Origin: Utricularia gibba
Taxonomy: Eukaryota > Plantae > Magnoliophyta
Reading direction: 5' to 3'
Length of the DNA stretch: 64,000 nt
NCBI GenBank assembly: GCA_002189035.1
Contig: NEEC01000024.1
Location: 372,001 to 436,000, forward strand
The number at the start of each line of letters is the position of its first letter. Position 1 is the stretch's first letter. Of the stretch, positions 36,905 to 50,039 are shown piece after piece. The notes below the pieces were generated by a model, which was not told the DNA's origin, did no database searches, and worked only from the letters and a program-made list of their open reading frames with translations. The position numbers and the translations under genes were made by a program.

Positions 36905-38965
36905 TGTTCTAAGTGTTTCTTATGTGTCATTATGTGTTAAATTAGGATTAAGATGCCCAAATTTGGAGTCATATTAACAAGTATTTAGAAAAATCCTATT
37001 TTTCTATTTTGTATATATATTTTTGTTGTCTTTTTCGTGAAATTTGACCAAAATATATCAAAAGGACCGACTTGGAGTGTTGTAGGAGACATGCAGGAGA
37101 TCAGACACTAACATTTTGTATCATGCACATGACATGGATCATATGTGGGTGATAGACTCACACTAGTCAGGACCCCTGACTTAAGACATATCAAAGTATG
37201 TAGCAATAAAAGGGCGCTGACTTGCATGCAAGGGAAAGCTAGTGGCGCATCCAAGACAGAAAGAATGATGGGAAAGGAGCATAAGAAGTTAATGCACATG
37301 GTAGTGACTTAAAAGAAATTAGGAACAATTTGGAGGAAAATTTTTTCGGACCTTTTTCGTATTTGAGTTCTCGAACTAGGACTTGGTTCTTCCTCTCCAT
37401 CAAGGTGTTAGTGTATGTGGTCTAGAGACAATCAACTCATTGGCAAATCTTATATTTTGATATTTACTTTGAATTGTGATCAAATTTATATCATTGATAA
37501 AATCCTCTACTTGATCTATGTGCTATAGAAATTATGATGAGATCATAATGTGAGATTCTTCAAGCACTCATGATCAAGTTAAATCTCCCTGGCTAGACTA
37601 TTTGTGAAATGAGGATATCACAAATATGTATAAGCTGGCACACATTGAGTTCCCTAAACAGTTTAGGCAATGGTTCTCACAATTGATGTAATGAGATTAC
37701 TAGAACCTATGTGTGGGTGTTGATTAGAGAATCGATTCACTGGATGACTCATCTTCGAGATGCTACTATGGGAAGCTAATCAAGTGTCAGTAGCAAGATC
37801 TCGAATATGACAGCCGTGCAAATAAGCTTAGACTTGAGGTCAACAAAGTTATCTTGATCTTAAGCTCACATTTTCGCTCATTACTAATGGGAGCCTAACC
37901 ATGGCTTGCCTAGTATGGATGAGTAGGGATGTGACTCCCTAAGATTGGAGATAGTTGACACAATAGTGGAGTCACTCAACGATATAAAATAGAATGACAC
38001 AATTACATGAGATGTAATTGGTAAAGTGGATAAATTAAATTGAGAGTTATTTTGAGATTAATATTGATTAAACTCAAAATAAAAGATCATATATATATAA
38101 GATTCGATATGTCAAAAAATATCTATCAAAAAGATTCAGATCTGGAGATATGCTCCAAGGTCTTCGTTCTCTCTCAGACTAATCCACATGGAGGCGTTTT
38201 TCTCTACTAGCACCTGAGAAATTCGACCAGCATTCAATAGCCTTGAGAAGGTTGTCGACGGAGTGCTCCACGTGTGGATACCATAGAGGCCATCTACTAT
38301 TAGCGGTTGGTGAACAACGGAGTCATCTGAAAGGTACTTTGAACACCCCTATGTCTGATTATACCGTATTCCAAGATCTGCGTTGGAGGTTTTTCAAAAT
38401 TTTTAAAATTCCGCTGCTTTTGAGACATACGATATCTACGAGAAACCCAACACAAGGGAGGAAGAACACTTTACCTTTCTATTTTGTTTTTTTTTTCATT
38501 TCTATTTTTGGCTAAACGTTTCTAGTTTCTAGGAATAGATGCAGTTTCTTTCTACGTCTTGAGCATCAATCTCGATTCTTTGCTGAATTTCTTTCGGATT
38601 TCAAATATTTCCATGCATCGTGTTGTAGTCTTTATGTAACACCTCCTAGTCATGGTCTATGAGTAGCAAGCCACTCCTCATGGATTTTGATGAAGAGCAA
38701 GGTGAATAGCACCATCTCCAACCCTATCGGTTCGATGGAGATAGCGAATTGTTTGTGACTGAGGTACCGTAATAGTGACCTCGTATCTGCCACTAGTCAT
38801 TGGCAATAGCTGAGCACACGTGCAGCATTTGGTTTTTTGGGCAATCGACGACAATCCTCTCGTCCTCTCAATCAGAGTGTAAAGGAGAGTAGGATATTCC
38901 TTGCTCCTATAACCAATTATTTGGAAGGAATCACTGAAAACCGAGGCGAGGATAGACAAAAAAAT
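36905..38965 (+). mobile_element. Athila-type LTR subfamily 1, 3'-truncated, interrupted by a Copia solo LTR
   Basis: Colinear with 41636-42700 once 37406-38457 is removed. Confidence 0.75.
37406..38452 (+). mobile_element. Angela-like Copia solo LTR with an internal deletion, TSD CAAGG
   Basis: TGTTAGTG...CCCAACA. CAAGG at 37401-37405 and 38453-38457. Confidence 0.95.
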
Positions 38966-39419
38966 AGACAAGCAAGCTATTATTGGATGAAGAGGAAATT
39001 GAAGGGCGCATTTGAAATAGGTGATTGGAATTGGTAGACTGAAGGGAGGAAGAGGCTTGTCAATTGTCACCCATCCCTCAAGGGATCTCGGCATTGTTTT
39101 CCTGAGTAAGAATATATTCGTCTAGGATCGAATATTGGGCACGAAGGGAGGAGATTGCTAGACTTATGACCCATCTCATATATATGAATTAGAAGGAGTG
39201 AAATGATCGGGATGAAAAGCAAACCCTAACAACCAAAGGTATGCGGAAGAAACATCAAATCTTGGAAAAGATATAGATATCCGCCAAAGAGTTTCGGAAA
39301 GCGGAAGAATGGGTGAAAAGGATGAAAGAGTACATGAGAATTTTATAGATTTTGGCAAGCTTTTTTTGCAACATTGAACAGTGGAATGACACATGGTGAA
39401 AAGAGAGATTGATCGAAAA

Positions 39420-40079
39420 GATTATTGAAGTAAATTAGTAAAATGCAAATCGGACCTATGAAAGTTTTGATCCACTGATCTACCATGAGTGTTAATCTCA
39501 CTAAATCAAAGAGTCTGAATGATGGAGTAAGAAATCAGTATGTGTCACTAGGAAAAGGTTATTAGAAGAATACGTCAATCGGCAGATGGATAGGATATCA
39601 AATCGGTTCCCACTTCAAGAAATCAGTTGAGAAGAGGGGGATGACTTCTGATGACCCATAATGGACACACAGGTTGGCAAGGATCAGAACAGAATAGTGG
39701 CGGCTGTTCAAACAAAATCTGAAATGTGGCCGACCTGTAGGAGGCAATGGACAAGCGGCAGTTGTATATCAACACCCTTAGAAATTGGTCAACTAGATTC
39801 CCCTCTAAATAGGAGGATGAGTGAAGAAGAAAGGATTATGCATTCTACGTATCACTTATAACCCCATCTTTCCCTCACTCAGTGAAAGCATTTCTTTGTT
39901 GATCCCCTCCATTTCCATGGTTTTGTCGTCTTGGTGGTTTTCACATAAAAACTCTTCAATCTCTTTTATTGCTTTACACATAACCATAAATCGAACTCAC
40001 ATACCTAGAAATCGAATACCCAATCTCAGTTCACCTCCATAACTCGGTTAGTTTTTGCGGATCCAATTTTTCAACAACA
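39420..40079 (+). mobile_element. Tat/Retand-type LTR-like remnant
   Basis: Similar to 17400-17780. Ends ...TTCAACAACA. Confidence 0.45.
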
Positions 40080-40099
40080 AGAGTATGTTTATCCTTCAA

Positions 40100-43050
40100 T
40101 ACATACAATCTAGCATAATTTTTACCGTCGTGATATCCTTGTTTAAGAAAGCAGTCATTTATTCTACTATACCATGCTTGAGCTGTCTACTTTAAACCAT
40201 ATAAAGCCTTGTGTAGCCTATAAATTTTATCTTCCATACCCTTGATAACATTGCAGGTGGTTGTTCTTCATAGATTTCTAATGTGAGACTCCTATTAAGG
40301 AAAGCTAACTTTATATTTAAATGGTAGATATGCCATCTCATATACGCTGCTAGAGCTATTATTAGCTTAATCATATGGAGTCGAGCCACTAGAGCAAAGG
40401 TGTTAGTCGTTTCCTTTCCATTGAACAAAACCTCTAGAAACCAGCCTAGCATTATATTTATTTATACTTACGTCTGATATTAATTTTGTCCTTAGCACCC
40501 ATTTCACTACAATGGGTTTCTTATTTGGTACTATGTCTACAAGCGTTCAAGTATGGTAATCTTCAATAGTCTTAAGTTCATATTCCATGGCTTTTCTCCA
40601 TTTCGGGTTCGTCAAAGCATGGTTCAAGTTGGTGGGTTCAAAATGAGTAAGTGGACACCTATCTTGATAAAAAGAGGTGATGAGGAGTTGGTCTAATTAA
40701 TCTCTTCCACGCCATCTCTTGTTTCTTCTTCAGACAGATAAGTTACGTTTCTAAATTCTTACCATTCATGTCATTTATATTAAGTAAGTCATTAAGATTT
40801 GGGGTTTGTTTAGATGTTCTTGCTTCAATTCTGATTATGTTCACAAGTTCCTCAGCAGGTGTGGATTCTTCTGTTTCCAGATTGTTTCAATACTCTTGGT
40901 CAAATACCCTCTTTAGATTCTGAGTTGTCCTCATTTCCGGAATTATTGAGGATCTCATGTTCAACATTCTCAACCTCTAGTATATGAATAATTTGCTGAG
41001 GTGTAGTAAAGTCGGCTTGACCTTGAGATGCAGGAAAATTGGTTTTGTTTTCATGTGATAGATCCCTTTGTTTTTCGATTTTGTTCTCCACTTGTTCTTG
41101 ATTTGTATTTTCGAATACAATATTGAAATTATCATTTTTGTAATTGTCACTTCCCATAGCTTCAGAAATTGATGTGTTAAACAAGGAAACGGCATTTTAA
41201 ACAGGATTGTTTTGAGATTTAGGAAATTGTGTATGTATCATTCCAGGTACGGTGGAGTCATAGATAGTATAGCTTGGTGTACTTGAATTCTTAGAACTTC
41301 AATTTTCAGTCTTTCAATTCCAAGCACGTAGTTCATAAAAATTCACATGTCTACTTAGTGTCATTTATCCCAAGGGGATCCTGTATTCTATATGCTTTTA
41401 AAATAGTGCTATAGCCAATAAATACACCTATGTAACTTCTCTAATCCAACTTTCTTCTTAGGGGCTTGGGTACAAGGAAAAAACAGATACAACGTAATAT
41501 TCGCAAGTGATCTCTTGTGCGAACCTTATAGTCCAGAGTTCATAAGGCATTTTGAACTCAGTAGTGCTTCCATTTCTAGTAGTAGACATCTAGCTATGTC
41601 CATCACTATTCAATTGCATTTTTCAATAACATCATTGTTAAGTGTCATTTTCTAGTTATTATTTAGGTATTATTATGTATTAATTAAGTGCTTAGTCGCC
41701 CAATTAGGAGTCTTATTATTAAGTATTTGATTTTTACTAAAAAAATCCTATTTTCCCATTTTGTGTATATTTTATGCATTTTTTCTCACACTTTGACCGA
41801 GGCATGTCAGGAGACTGTTAGGAGTGTTGCAGGAGGATTGCAGGTGGTCAGACTCTGAGTTTTCGTGCCTTGTACGCGAGTTGGAATGATTGTGGGCGGA
41901 AGACTGACACTGGTCAAAGCCCATGACTCATGGCATGTCAGAGTCTGCAGCAATTATTGGGCGCAAACTTGCACGCAAAGAAAGTCTGTTGGCGCACGCA
42001 AGACAGAAGGAATGATGGGAAGGGGACCCAAAGGAGTTAATGCACGTGGGAAGTCATATTTTCTCTTGTACTTAGAACTTTTGAGTTCTTCCTACCCTCA
42101 AGGAGGAAGAACACTTAGTTTCCTTTCGTTTATGTTTTCCATGGCCCCTTCGGGCTAAAACCTTTAGTTTCTGGGAAGTAGATGAAGTTTCCTTCCAAGT
42201 CCTGAGCAATACACTCAGTTCTTCACTGAATTCCATTCGGATTCCGCATACTTCCACGCGTCTTGTTACAGTCTTTCTGTAACGACTCTTAGTGAAGGTC
42301 CATGAGTAGCAGGCCACTTCTCGCGGATTTTGGTGAAGATCAAGGTGAAGAGCACCAACTCCAACCCTGCTGGTTCGAGGGAAGTAGCAGATTGTTTGTG
42401 GCCTAGGTACCGCAACAGTGAACAGGTTGTGACCTCGGACTTGCCACTGGCCATTGGCAATAGCTGGGCACACGCACACAATTTGGTTTTGAAGGCAATC
42501 GAAGGCAATCCTCTTGTCTTCCTAATCGTCCAAGGGGAATCACATGAGGCTATTGCCGTGCCTCCTTGTCAATCAGAGTGTAAGGGAGAGTAGGCTATTC
42601 CTTGCTCCTATAACCAGCTATTCGGAAGAAATCAGTGAAAACCAAGGCAAGGACGGACAAAGGAAGGAGATGGAGTCTTATTCCTAGGAACTGCATCCCG
42701 TAGTCAAGGCCCATTACTTAGGTTGTATCTTTCATTTCTGCATCTTAAAAACCTCCTTTTACAAAACCGTGACATTTTGTAGAAGTTGCTTGCAAACACT
42801 TTTCACGAAAAACAACTCCCTGAGATCGATACTCGTACTATGCTTTCTAGTGTTTTACGTTTTAAAATATTTAAAATTTGTTGAGGAAACGACACGCAAC
42901 AATCATTTTGTTGTGGAGTGCATGGTGCTATAAATTGATGTGTAATCCCATTTTTTCCACACGACGTCTTTAATTAACGAGTTGTATACTCTCCTCCATT
43001 GTTTGAAGGAATGTATTTAATTTTGCATCCACTTTCATTTTCTACTGCAA
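40100..43050 (-). mobile_element. Ty1/Copia integrase-RT remnant, split by an Athila solo LTR
   Basis: RT FALVARLHMIKLIIALAA...LNIKLAFLN. Integrase GGEY...GITHQFIAPCTPQQN|DVIEK reconstitutes across the insertion. Confidence 0.8.
41636..42901 (+). mobile_element. Athila-type solo LTR subfamily 1, 1266 bp, with TSD ATCAT
   Basis: TGTTAAGTGTC...GACACGCAACA. ATCAT at 41631-41635 and 42902-42906. Confidence 0.95.
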
Positions 43051-44453
43051 CCTTGAATCTTTTGAATTTAGAGACTACCTCATTTAAGCTTTTCATGAAA
43101 TAGACCTAGTAGAACTGAGAATAGTCATCAATGAATAATATAAAATATCTTCTTCCTACTTTTGTAACAAAATTTATTGAACCGAAGACGTCCAAATGAA
43201 CGATCTCTACAGGTATGGAGGAAATCCGATGAGTCTTTTCAAAAGGTAAGCTACTCAATTTCCCAGCTTACAAATTTCACAGCATTCTTTCGTTCCTGTT
43301 AGGTTTTTTACTCCATCTACTAGCTTAGACTTTAAAGTTTTATGAGTGATATACGGTTGTGATGTCTGTATCATCGATGCCATAGCAATATGTTTTGCCT
43401 AGAACTTGCACTAAGACATATATGATGTGCTTTAGAGTTGTCTCTTAGGGAATTGATAGGAAATACCCTATTGATCATAGTTATGCTCATAATCTCGTTC
43501 GCTGCATGGTCAAAGATCATACATGAGCTATTAGTGAACATAATAGAAAATTTATTACTTATTAGCTATCCTAGGCTGATCGGATTTTGAGATACCAGAG
43601 GTACATGAAACACATCTTTAATGCAGATGGTCTTTGATTGATGACTCTAGCTTTACTGTGCCTTGACCCAAACCCGATATGTTTGTTCCATTTGTGATTT
43701 GAATATTTTTAAGGGTCAAAGGAGTGTATTTAGTGAATGTAGCGAAGTCATTTGTTATATGATTAATGCATCCACTATCTAATAGCCAAGTCAAATTTCT
43801 CTTATTATCGGTTGTGGTTGTGAGTGGTGTGTTTTCTTTGTGTTAAGATATCGGCCATATCGTAAATTGCGTCAATTTCTTTTCTGCAATAGCTTTAAAG
43901 AATGCATTGTCTAGCGCTTTTAAGATTGCATAAGCAGAGAGATTGATACTAAGGGATGCTTTTATCCCTATCAGCTGGTAGTGAACCTGTGATATCTCTC
44001 CTTTTGTATACTGCATACCTTCTCCACATGTGGCAGTCGGATTTCATCAGCAGTTTTCAAGAGCATGTGAGTTAGCTATCTAGTAGTAGCAGCATGAACG
44101 TGTCTCTCCCTGAGTTTGAAAAACAAGAACGAGATTTGAAGAGCAGGTGGATTTCCATTTTTGATTTATTTTGTTGTGTTCAGAAAAACCAGCAATGAAT
44201 ACTATGTGCAGCATTAATTAGTCGAGGAGCAAAATAGGAATTACACATTTGCATACGTGAGGAGATAAGACTAAGAGTAGGAAACAAGAGCAGAAGATCA
44301 AGTACAGAGAGAAGAATGAAGATTTTCCAATGAGTTTAAACCAATTTTAAGAAAGAAGACAAAGGAGGGAAAGTTCCAGCATGAAGTCGAACTCACCTCC
44401 AGACATCAAAACGCTGCCTATGCAAAAGATGAATGTTGGAAATTTTTGCTAAA

Positions 44454-45420
44454 TGTCGTGGTCTACCATGTTCAAGACATCCAAAGAAATTTATAAAATC
44501 TATCTATTCTACGACACAAATCATAGAAATTAATGTAATGTGGCAAGCAGGGGTCGAATCCGTAGGGAATAGTTGCAATTTCTCATAGTCTTTTACATTT
44601 ACTAAAAAAGGGGGGTTTCTGAGGGGTTTAACTCTTATGTGCATGAGACAAAATCAAACCAATTGAAATAAACAAGTTATAGGGGTGAATGAGCATGGAA
44701 AATGACAGGAATGTATAAAAATGTAAAGCAGAGGTAATTTGGCTGGGTTTTACACTAGGATGTAGCTCATGTGTCACTCAAGAGAATCTATAGATTCAAA
44801 CCCAACTTTATCACACCCAAAAACAGAGTAAAGGATAGTGTGAACAGTAGACATGTTAAACTCAAGAACTAAAAACTGAGGAACTAAAACTTTAAAAAGT
44901 TCATAAGCTAAAATAAGGTCTACAAGAAATTTCTTATTCATAGCCAAGCACAAGGAACAAGTTCAAAGACAGAAATGGAAGTGCGGAAAGCCAAAATAAA
45001 TCATCAAATGGTTGCTATGGGTTATAGATCTGCTGAAACTGAAGATTTCATATGGGAATATGGTCTAGAAGTGTAGATCTGGAGGCTGCTGAAGCCGTTC
45101 ATCGGAGAACCACTATTCCCCCTACTTCACACTGCTCACTGTTCGCTCTTCTCTCTCTCTTGCATCGTCCTTTTCTTTTCCCGCTTCACGCTCCTCACTA
45201 CCAGTACTAGCTCCAACCCTGTTAAGACTCAGAAACACACTAAAAGAAATATTAGAGTTTTCAGCTCAATTGTTGCCAATGGAACCCAATTTCATAAGAA
45301 ACACCTTACAACAAACTAGATGCTAGAAAAGAAACAATTACACACACTAAATAGCATTTTACCCCATAAAACAACCCTAAAAACATATACAAAAATAAAA
45401 TAAAAACAGTGTTATCAACA
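44454..45420 (-). mobile_element. Athila-type LTR (a different family), no TSD found
   Basis: On the - strand it runs TGTTGATAACAC...GATTCGACCCCTGCTTGCCAC...ACCACGACA. Confidence 0.6.
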
Positions 45421-46249
45421 AGGAAGACGACGAAAGCAATTGTAGAGTGACACTGTAACCACCTCTATCGCCCAAAACGGCAGTAGAGCACTCAGAACTT
45501 TCCCAACTAGCTTTAGAACCAATCACCATGAGAAGAAGAAGATGAACGGTGCACTAAACTGACTTGGAGACCTGAACAAACACCTTACTTTCTGCACTTT
45601 CTTTCCCTGCATAACTTTCACGAACTTGCTCATATTTTACATTTCTAGCTCGAACGTTGACCACATTGTGTTGTTTACTTGCATGAACATGCTTTCCTGT
45701 TGTTTTCTTTACTACATTCACGCATGAATCGGAACAATAACCTGAAATTGTTTTTCTTTTAAGCATGATTAATTTTTGGTTTAAGTGAAATAATAACTTT
45801 TTAACTTTCCAAAAATACTGATTTACTTATTTTCCTGCCTGTTTTAGTGTAGATGCCGTCTCATGAATTTTTAGTAATTTCTTTTGAATAGAAAGCCACT
45901 ACCCGACAAAACCCCTTGTTAAATCTTTCTTGCGTATAGGACTTATAATTAAAAACCACTTGCTCTCTATAGATCAACCTAGACTTACTATTGCTGCATT
46001 ATTTTCTTTTTTAATGTGTTGTAGAATTCTAGTTCAGTTTTATAAATATCCTTAGATGCGGACAACCTTAGGAATTTTCCGTTAATTAGTATGGCACCTA
46101 TTAGTCTTAGTTTCTAGTCTTCAACTTTGATAGTTTTAGTTAAACAATCAAATGATTCACCTAGATTGAGTTTATGAGATCCTAGCACTTTCCATTAATA
46201 TGCTATTTGCATGACATTTGTTTCAAGGTGTTGAGTGTAGTGGGCGATT

Positions 46250-46830
46250 TGGGCCATGTATAGAATTTGGTTGAAACTTTCCTTTTCAGCTTCTAACCCG
46301 CTTTCTCTTTCTTTTTATCCCGTGGCTTGAAACTTTTTCCCCATTTCGGTTGCTGTGTGTTGCAGCAATGATCTGCTTCATCAGACATCTCATGGAAATT
46401 CAATATAATGTTTGCTTCGATGCAACACAAACTTGTAAAAATTAGGGTAGAGTACTCTCCATAAATTAGATTCAAAGTTGTAGAAATATTTTGCACTTTG
46501 CATTCTAATGGAGTACTAGATATGTATGTGCATGTGGAAGCTGATGGAGTGGGGGATTTGGCAAATGCCAATTGGAAATGGAAAAAAGATTCCCCTATAC
46601 ACTTCGTAAGGAGAGTGGGGAGTGCCGAAGTGATTTACATGAAAATCGGTAAGGACGGGGAAGACTGCTTCTGACAACCTATCATAGGCTGCAACGACCA
46701 TTGTGGTAGAGTTTGAAAAGTAGCAGAATCATAGGAATGTTAGAGCAGCCGGCAGTTATCTATCAGTAGATCTCGAGTACAGCAATCTGGCACAGTAAGT
46801 AGCCGACACCTGGTGCTATCAACAGGACCA
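46250..46830 (+). mobile_element. Tat/Retand 3' internal region, PPT and start of the 3' LTR
   Basis: PPT AAGGAGAGTGGGGAG (46608-46622) followed by TGCCGAAG. Colinear with 52710-53090. Confidence 0.7.
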
Positions 46831-46899
46831 CGTAAATTTCTTAAAATCGTTGCAAGAAATGAAATCTTCATATCAAATAAATATATAAGCCCTAATGTA

Positions 46900-48660
46900 C
46901 AAAAAATACAATTTTAGAAAACTTGTATAGTGGGTTTCGAGGTAGATCACGAGTAGCTGGTGCTTGAAAAGTGTTTTAGCAAATGCGAAATTCAGAATAA
47001 ACATTGTGCTTAGTCTAAGCTCAAACTAGTAGCAGTATATAAATTCAATAAACAAAATCAAGTCTCAATGTTGAACTATAAACATGGAATTAACATAAAC
47101 AACACATAAAACATGAAAACCATACAAACCTAACCTCAACCACAGTAAAACATAATAACTTTTGCATTATAAAATGCAAAGAAAATGTGTATCATCACAC
47201 TATGCTACAACGACACGAGACTTGTCCCCAAGTCCTAGCTAAGACTAACAGGAAACTAACTTCGTCAGCGCCAATGGTGAACATAAACAACTTTGATAAA
47301 TTTCGGATGCTTGAGCTATATGAATGCTGGTGTGCATGTCATGTTATCACTCAAATGTGCATTGATAGATTCCTCTCGAGGAGTATTTTTAAAGATTGCT
47401 TCCTCAAGTTGATTCGTGCAAAATCGCTTAGGAGTATGATTGCCAACTCATTTTTCTCTACCTTTTTTTCTTTCTTGTCTTTTTGGAAAGTGAATGGGCA
47501 GCTTGTTTTGGACTAATCCGGGTATAATGTCATGGCACTACTTATTGAGTCTGCACTCAATACCTCATAAGTTGGAGTTATGAAATGGCACTACCTATGA
47601 AATGCTTGGCAAACACTATGAAATGGCACTACCTATGAAATGGCACTCATACCTCATAACTCCAAGGTTCCTCCTACTCATCCAGATTAATCCATCCCTA
47701 CTCACCCTTTCACTACTTATTGAGTCTGCACATGCTCTTTTATTATGTTATGCTCTTTAGAACTTTGATCTCATATATTTTTTTCGAGGGTCTTTTTTTC
47801 TCTATTTTTTTAAGCTGACAACCAGTACCCAAAACGATTATGAAGTCGAATCTAGATGACACTCCCTAGGTTCCTCTAATCATGCACATCTCTCATAAAG
47901 TAAAGGTTGAAAACATGCTCCCATAAATACAAAACGCATAGAAAGCTCATACATCTAAATCATCTCATAGTCATAATGTTCAATCAAATGGCCATTCTAA
48001 GTAGGTTACTTACGTTAAATAATGAACAAGGGGTACTTAATTACTCGTAGCATTGACTAACAGACACTAGATTGCATACACAAACAGGATCCTAAAAAAA
48101 AAAAACTAAAAATAAGAATAAAAACTAAGGTACACGAAATAAGTTCAGCACTAGGTTACTTGTTAAGGTAGGACTCCATCACTCCTGTTTCAGCTCTTGC
48201 ATCTCACGAATTAAATCAGACACTTTTTAACTCAATTCCTTAATCATTTCTGGGCAGCAACATTCCATGCTGTTGTGTTCGGACATTGAACGAGCAGGGG
48301 TATTTGAGTAGCCTTCTCCTGAGGTAGAATTTCCGCACAAACCTGCTAAGGATCTAAAAATAAACCCACTCCCTTGAGCTTTGATAAGTCCAACAACTTT
48401 CAAGAAGTATGCATCTAAAGGTACTGTCTTAGTTTCAATAAGGAAAAATTCTAATTCAGACAGTTTCTCAGGACGTAAGATGTGAGCAAGATACGTGACA
48501 ATATGGCAAAAACTCAAGTGTTGAATTTTCTTGCGTCAATAGTCCCTATTCATTTGTTCAGCTAGTAAAAAGTTGAAAGATCCTAAACTGGGAAAAAGCA
48601 CCCTGAATGGGGACATAAGTATAAACAAAACCACATAACAAAGAAAGTACGAGTTCCGTC
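46900..48660 (-). mobile_element. Athila 3' internal region (env-like C-terminus and 3' UTR) with short tandem repeats
   Basis: IVTYLAHILR...PLDAYFLKVVGLIK resembles env-like sequence. CTTGGGGACAAG on the - strand near 47225. ATGGCACTACCTATGAA repeats at 47580-47650. Confidence 0.5.
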
Positions 48661-49700
48661 ACCAAAATGGCAAATAAAAGTTTAAGGGAGGGGTCGGTCG
48701 ATGGGTCAACATGCTCTTTGAGCCTCGTAGACAGCTTATCGAAGTTTCAAACATGTTCAGTTGAGCTTCTTGCATACTTTCTTTCTTGCGGAGCAAAGAA
48801 ATCTATTCGAAAGGCAAATTGGTGCACCTGCCAGTATATAAGCAAGCCGATCAGATCTTCAGCATAGATATCAGATAGCTCTAAGAAACAGGCAGAGTTG
48901 ACGAAGTCATTCAAGATTCTTTGCCGAGTTGACTCTTGACTCCATAATTCGGCTTCGAGGGTGGAGACGCGCCCTTTGCGTGCGATAACTCCGAATCGGT
49001 CTCCTCGAACTTGGTCTTGAAGGATTCTTTCTAGGGCATCATTGATTGCCATGCTCATTTTACTAACAACTTTCACCAGCTCCACATCATGACGGGTACG
49101 TTTCCCCAATATTGTTTTCCGGGAACTCTCCTCATCTTGAAGGAGTTCTATCTTCACGTCTTAGGCGGATGGCTTGGAGCTTCAAAACCTTTTTCGTAAG
49201 GGACCCGACCTCCCTTGTCAAACCCCAGCTAAGAGTTCTATCCTAGAAGGTGAATGATAACCGATTTAGGCACTAAGTATATTCGGAATCAGAGGAAAAA
49301 GAAGAAACAAAGCTCCTAGATCCCACAAAGTGCTGATTCTAGAAGAAGCCTGGAAAGGTTTCAAACGTCATCCTCCAAGGTGACCTGCAATTATAACGGG
49401 ATGCAAATTGGAGAGGATGCAGGACCCCTCGCTACATGAATAGGGAGCCTAGAGGTGGAGGGACCTTTTGAGTTAAAGTGCACCTCTGGATCTAGGATTG
49501 CAACAAAATTTGAAGAAGATAGAACTTTCCCCTTTCCTTTCCGAGTCGAGGGGCTGGCTGAGTTGGCTCCCAATTCTTAGAGAACTGCACCTCTCTATGC
49601 CCCTTAGAGAGATAATGGAAGTTATTAGATTGGACTCTCAGCGAATCGGCCTGAAAGAGAAATCAAGGATGAGATCAGAGTCTAAAAATCTAAAGTAGTA
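48660..49700 (-). mobile_element. Tat/Retand antisense ORF remnant
   Basis: LNDFVNSACFLELSDIYAEDLIGLL is nearly identical to LDNFVDSACFAELSDIYVGDLIGLL at 62824-63039. Confidence 0.75.
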
Positions 49701-50039
49701 TAATGCAAAAGACTAACATGCGGGGAAGGAACCACATCTAGTTCCTAGACTCTACACATTTCGGTAGAGAAGCATGGTGTAACCAAAGTCTCCAAGATCC
49801 TTCTCCTTACCATCTCCTTAATTCGAACATGTCATGTGTAGTGGAGAGTCTAAAAATGACACTCGTTCTCCTTATGTCAGTGGAAGGAATAAGCTTAATT
49901 ATTTGATAGGGGATTTTTCCATAGGCAACACTTGCACTATGGATATCGATATCCTATCAGATAGGAATCCTGACAACCCTTCCCCTTTCGTTCATAACGC
50001 ATCATTTCCATGGATTTTCATACATAAAGCTCGAAAATC

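Noticed and set aside
43950-44440. Purine-rich, exon-like sequence
   Set aside because: All frames examined have stops, and there is no recognisable motif or consistent splice pattern.
49834-49960. VSGRNKLNYLIGD resembles a Copia gag N-terminus
   Set aside because: Too short and isolated to report as a feature.
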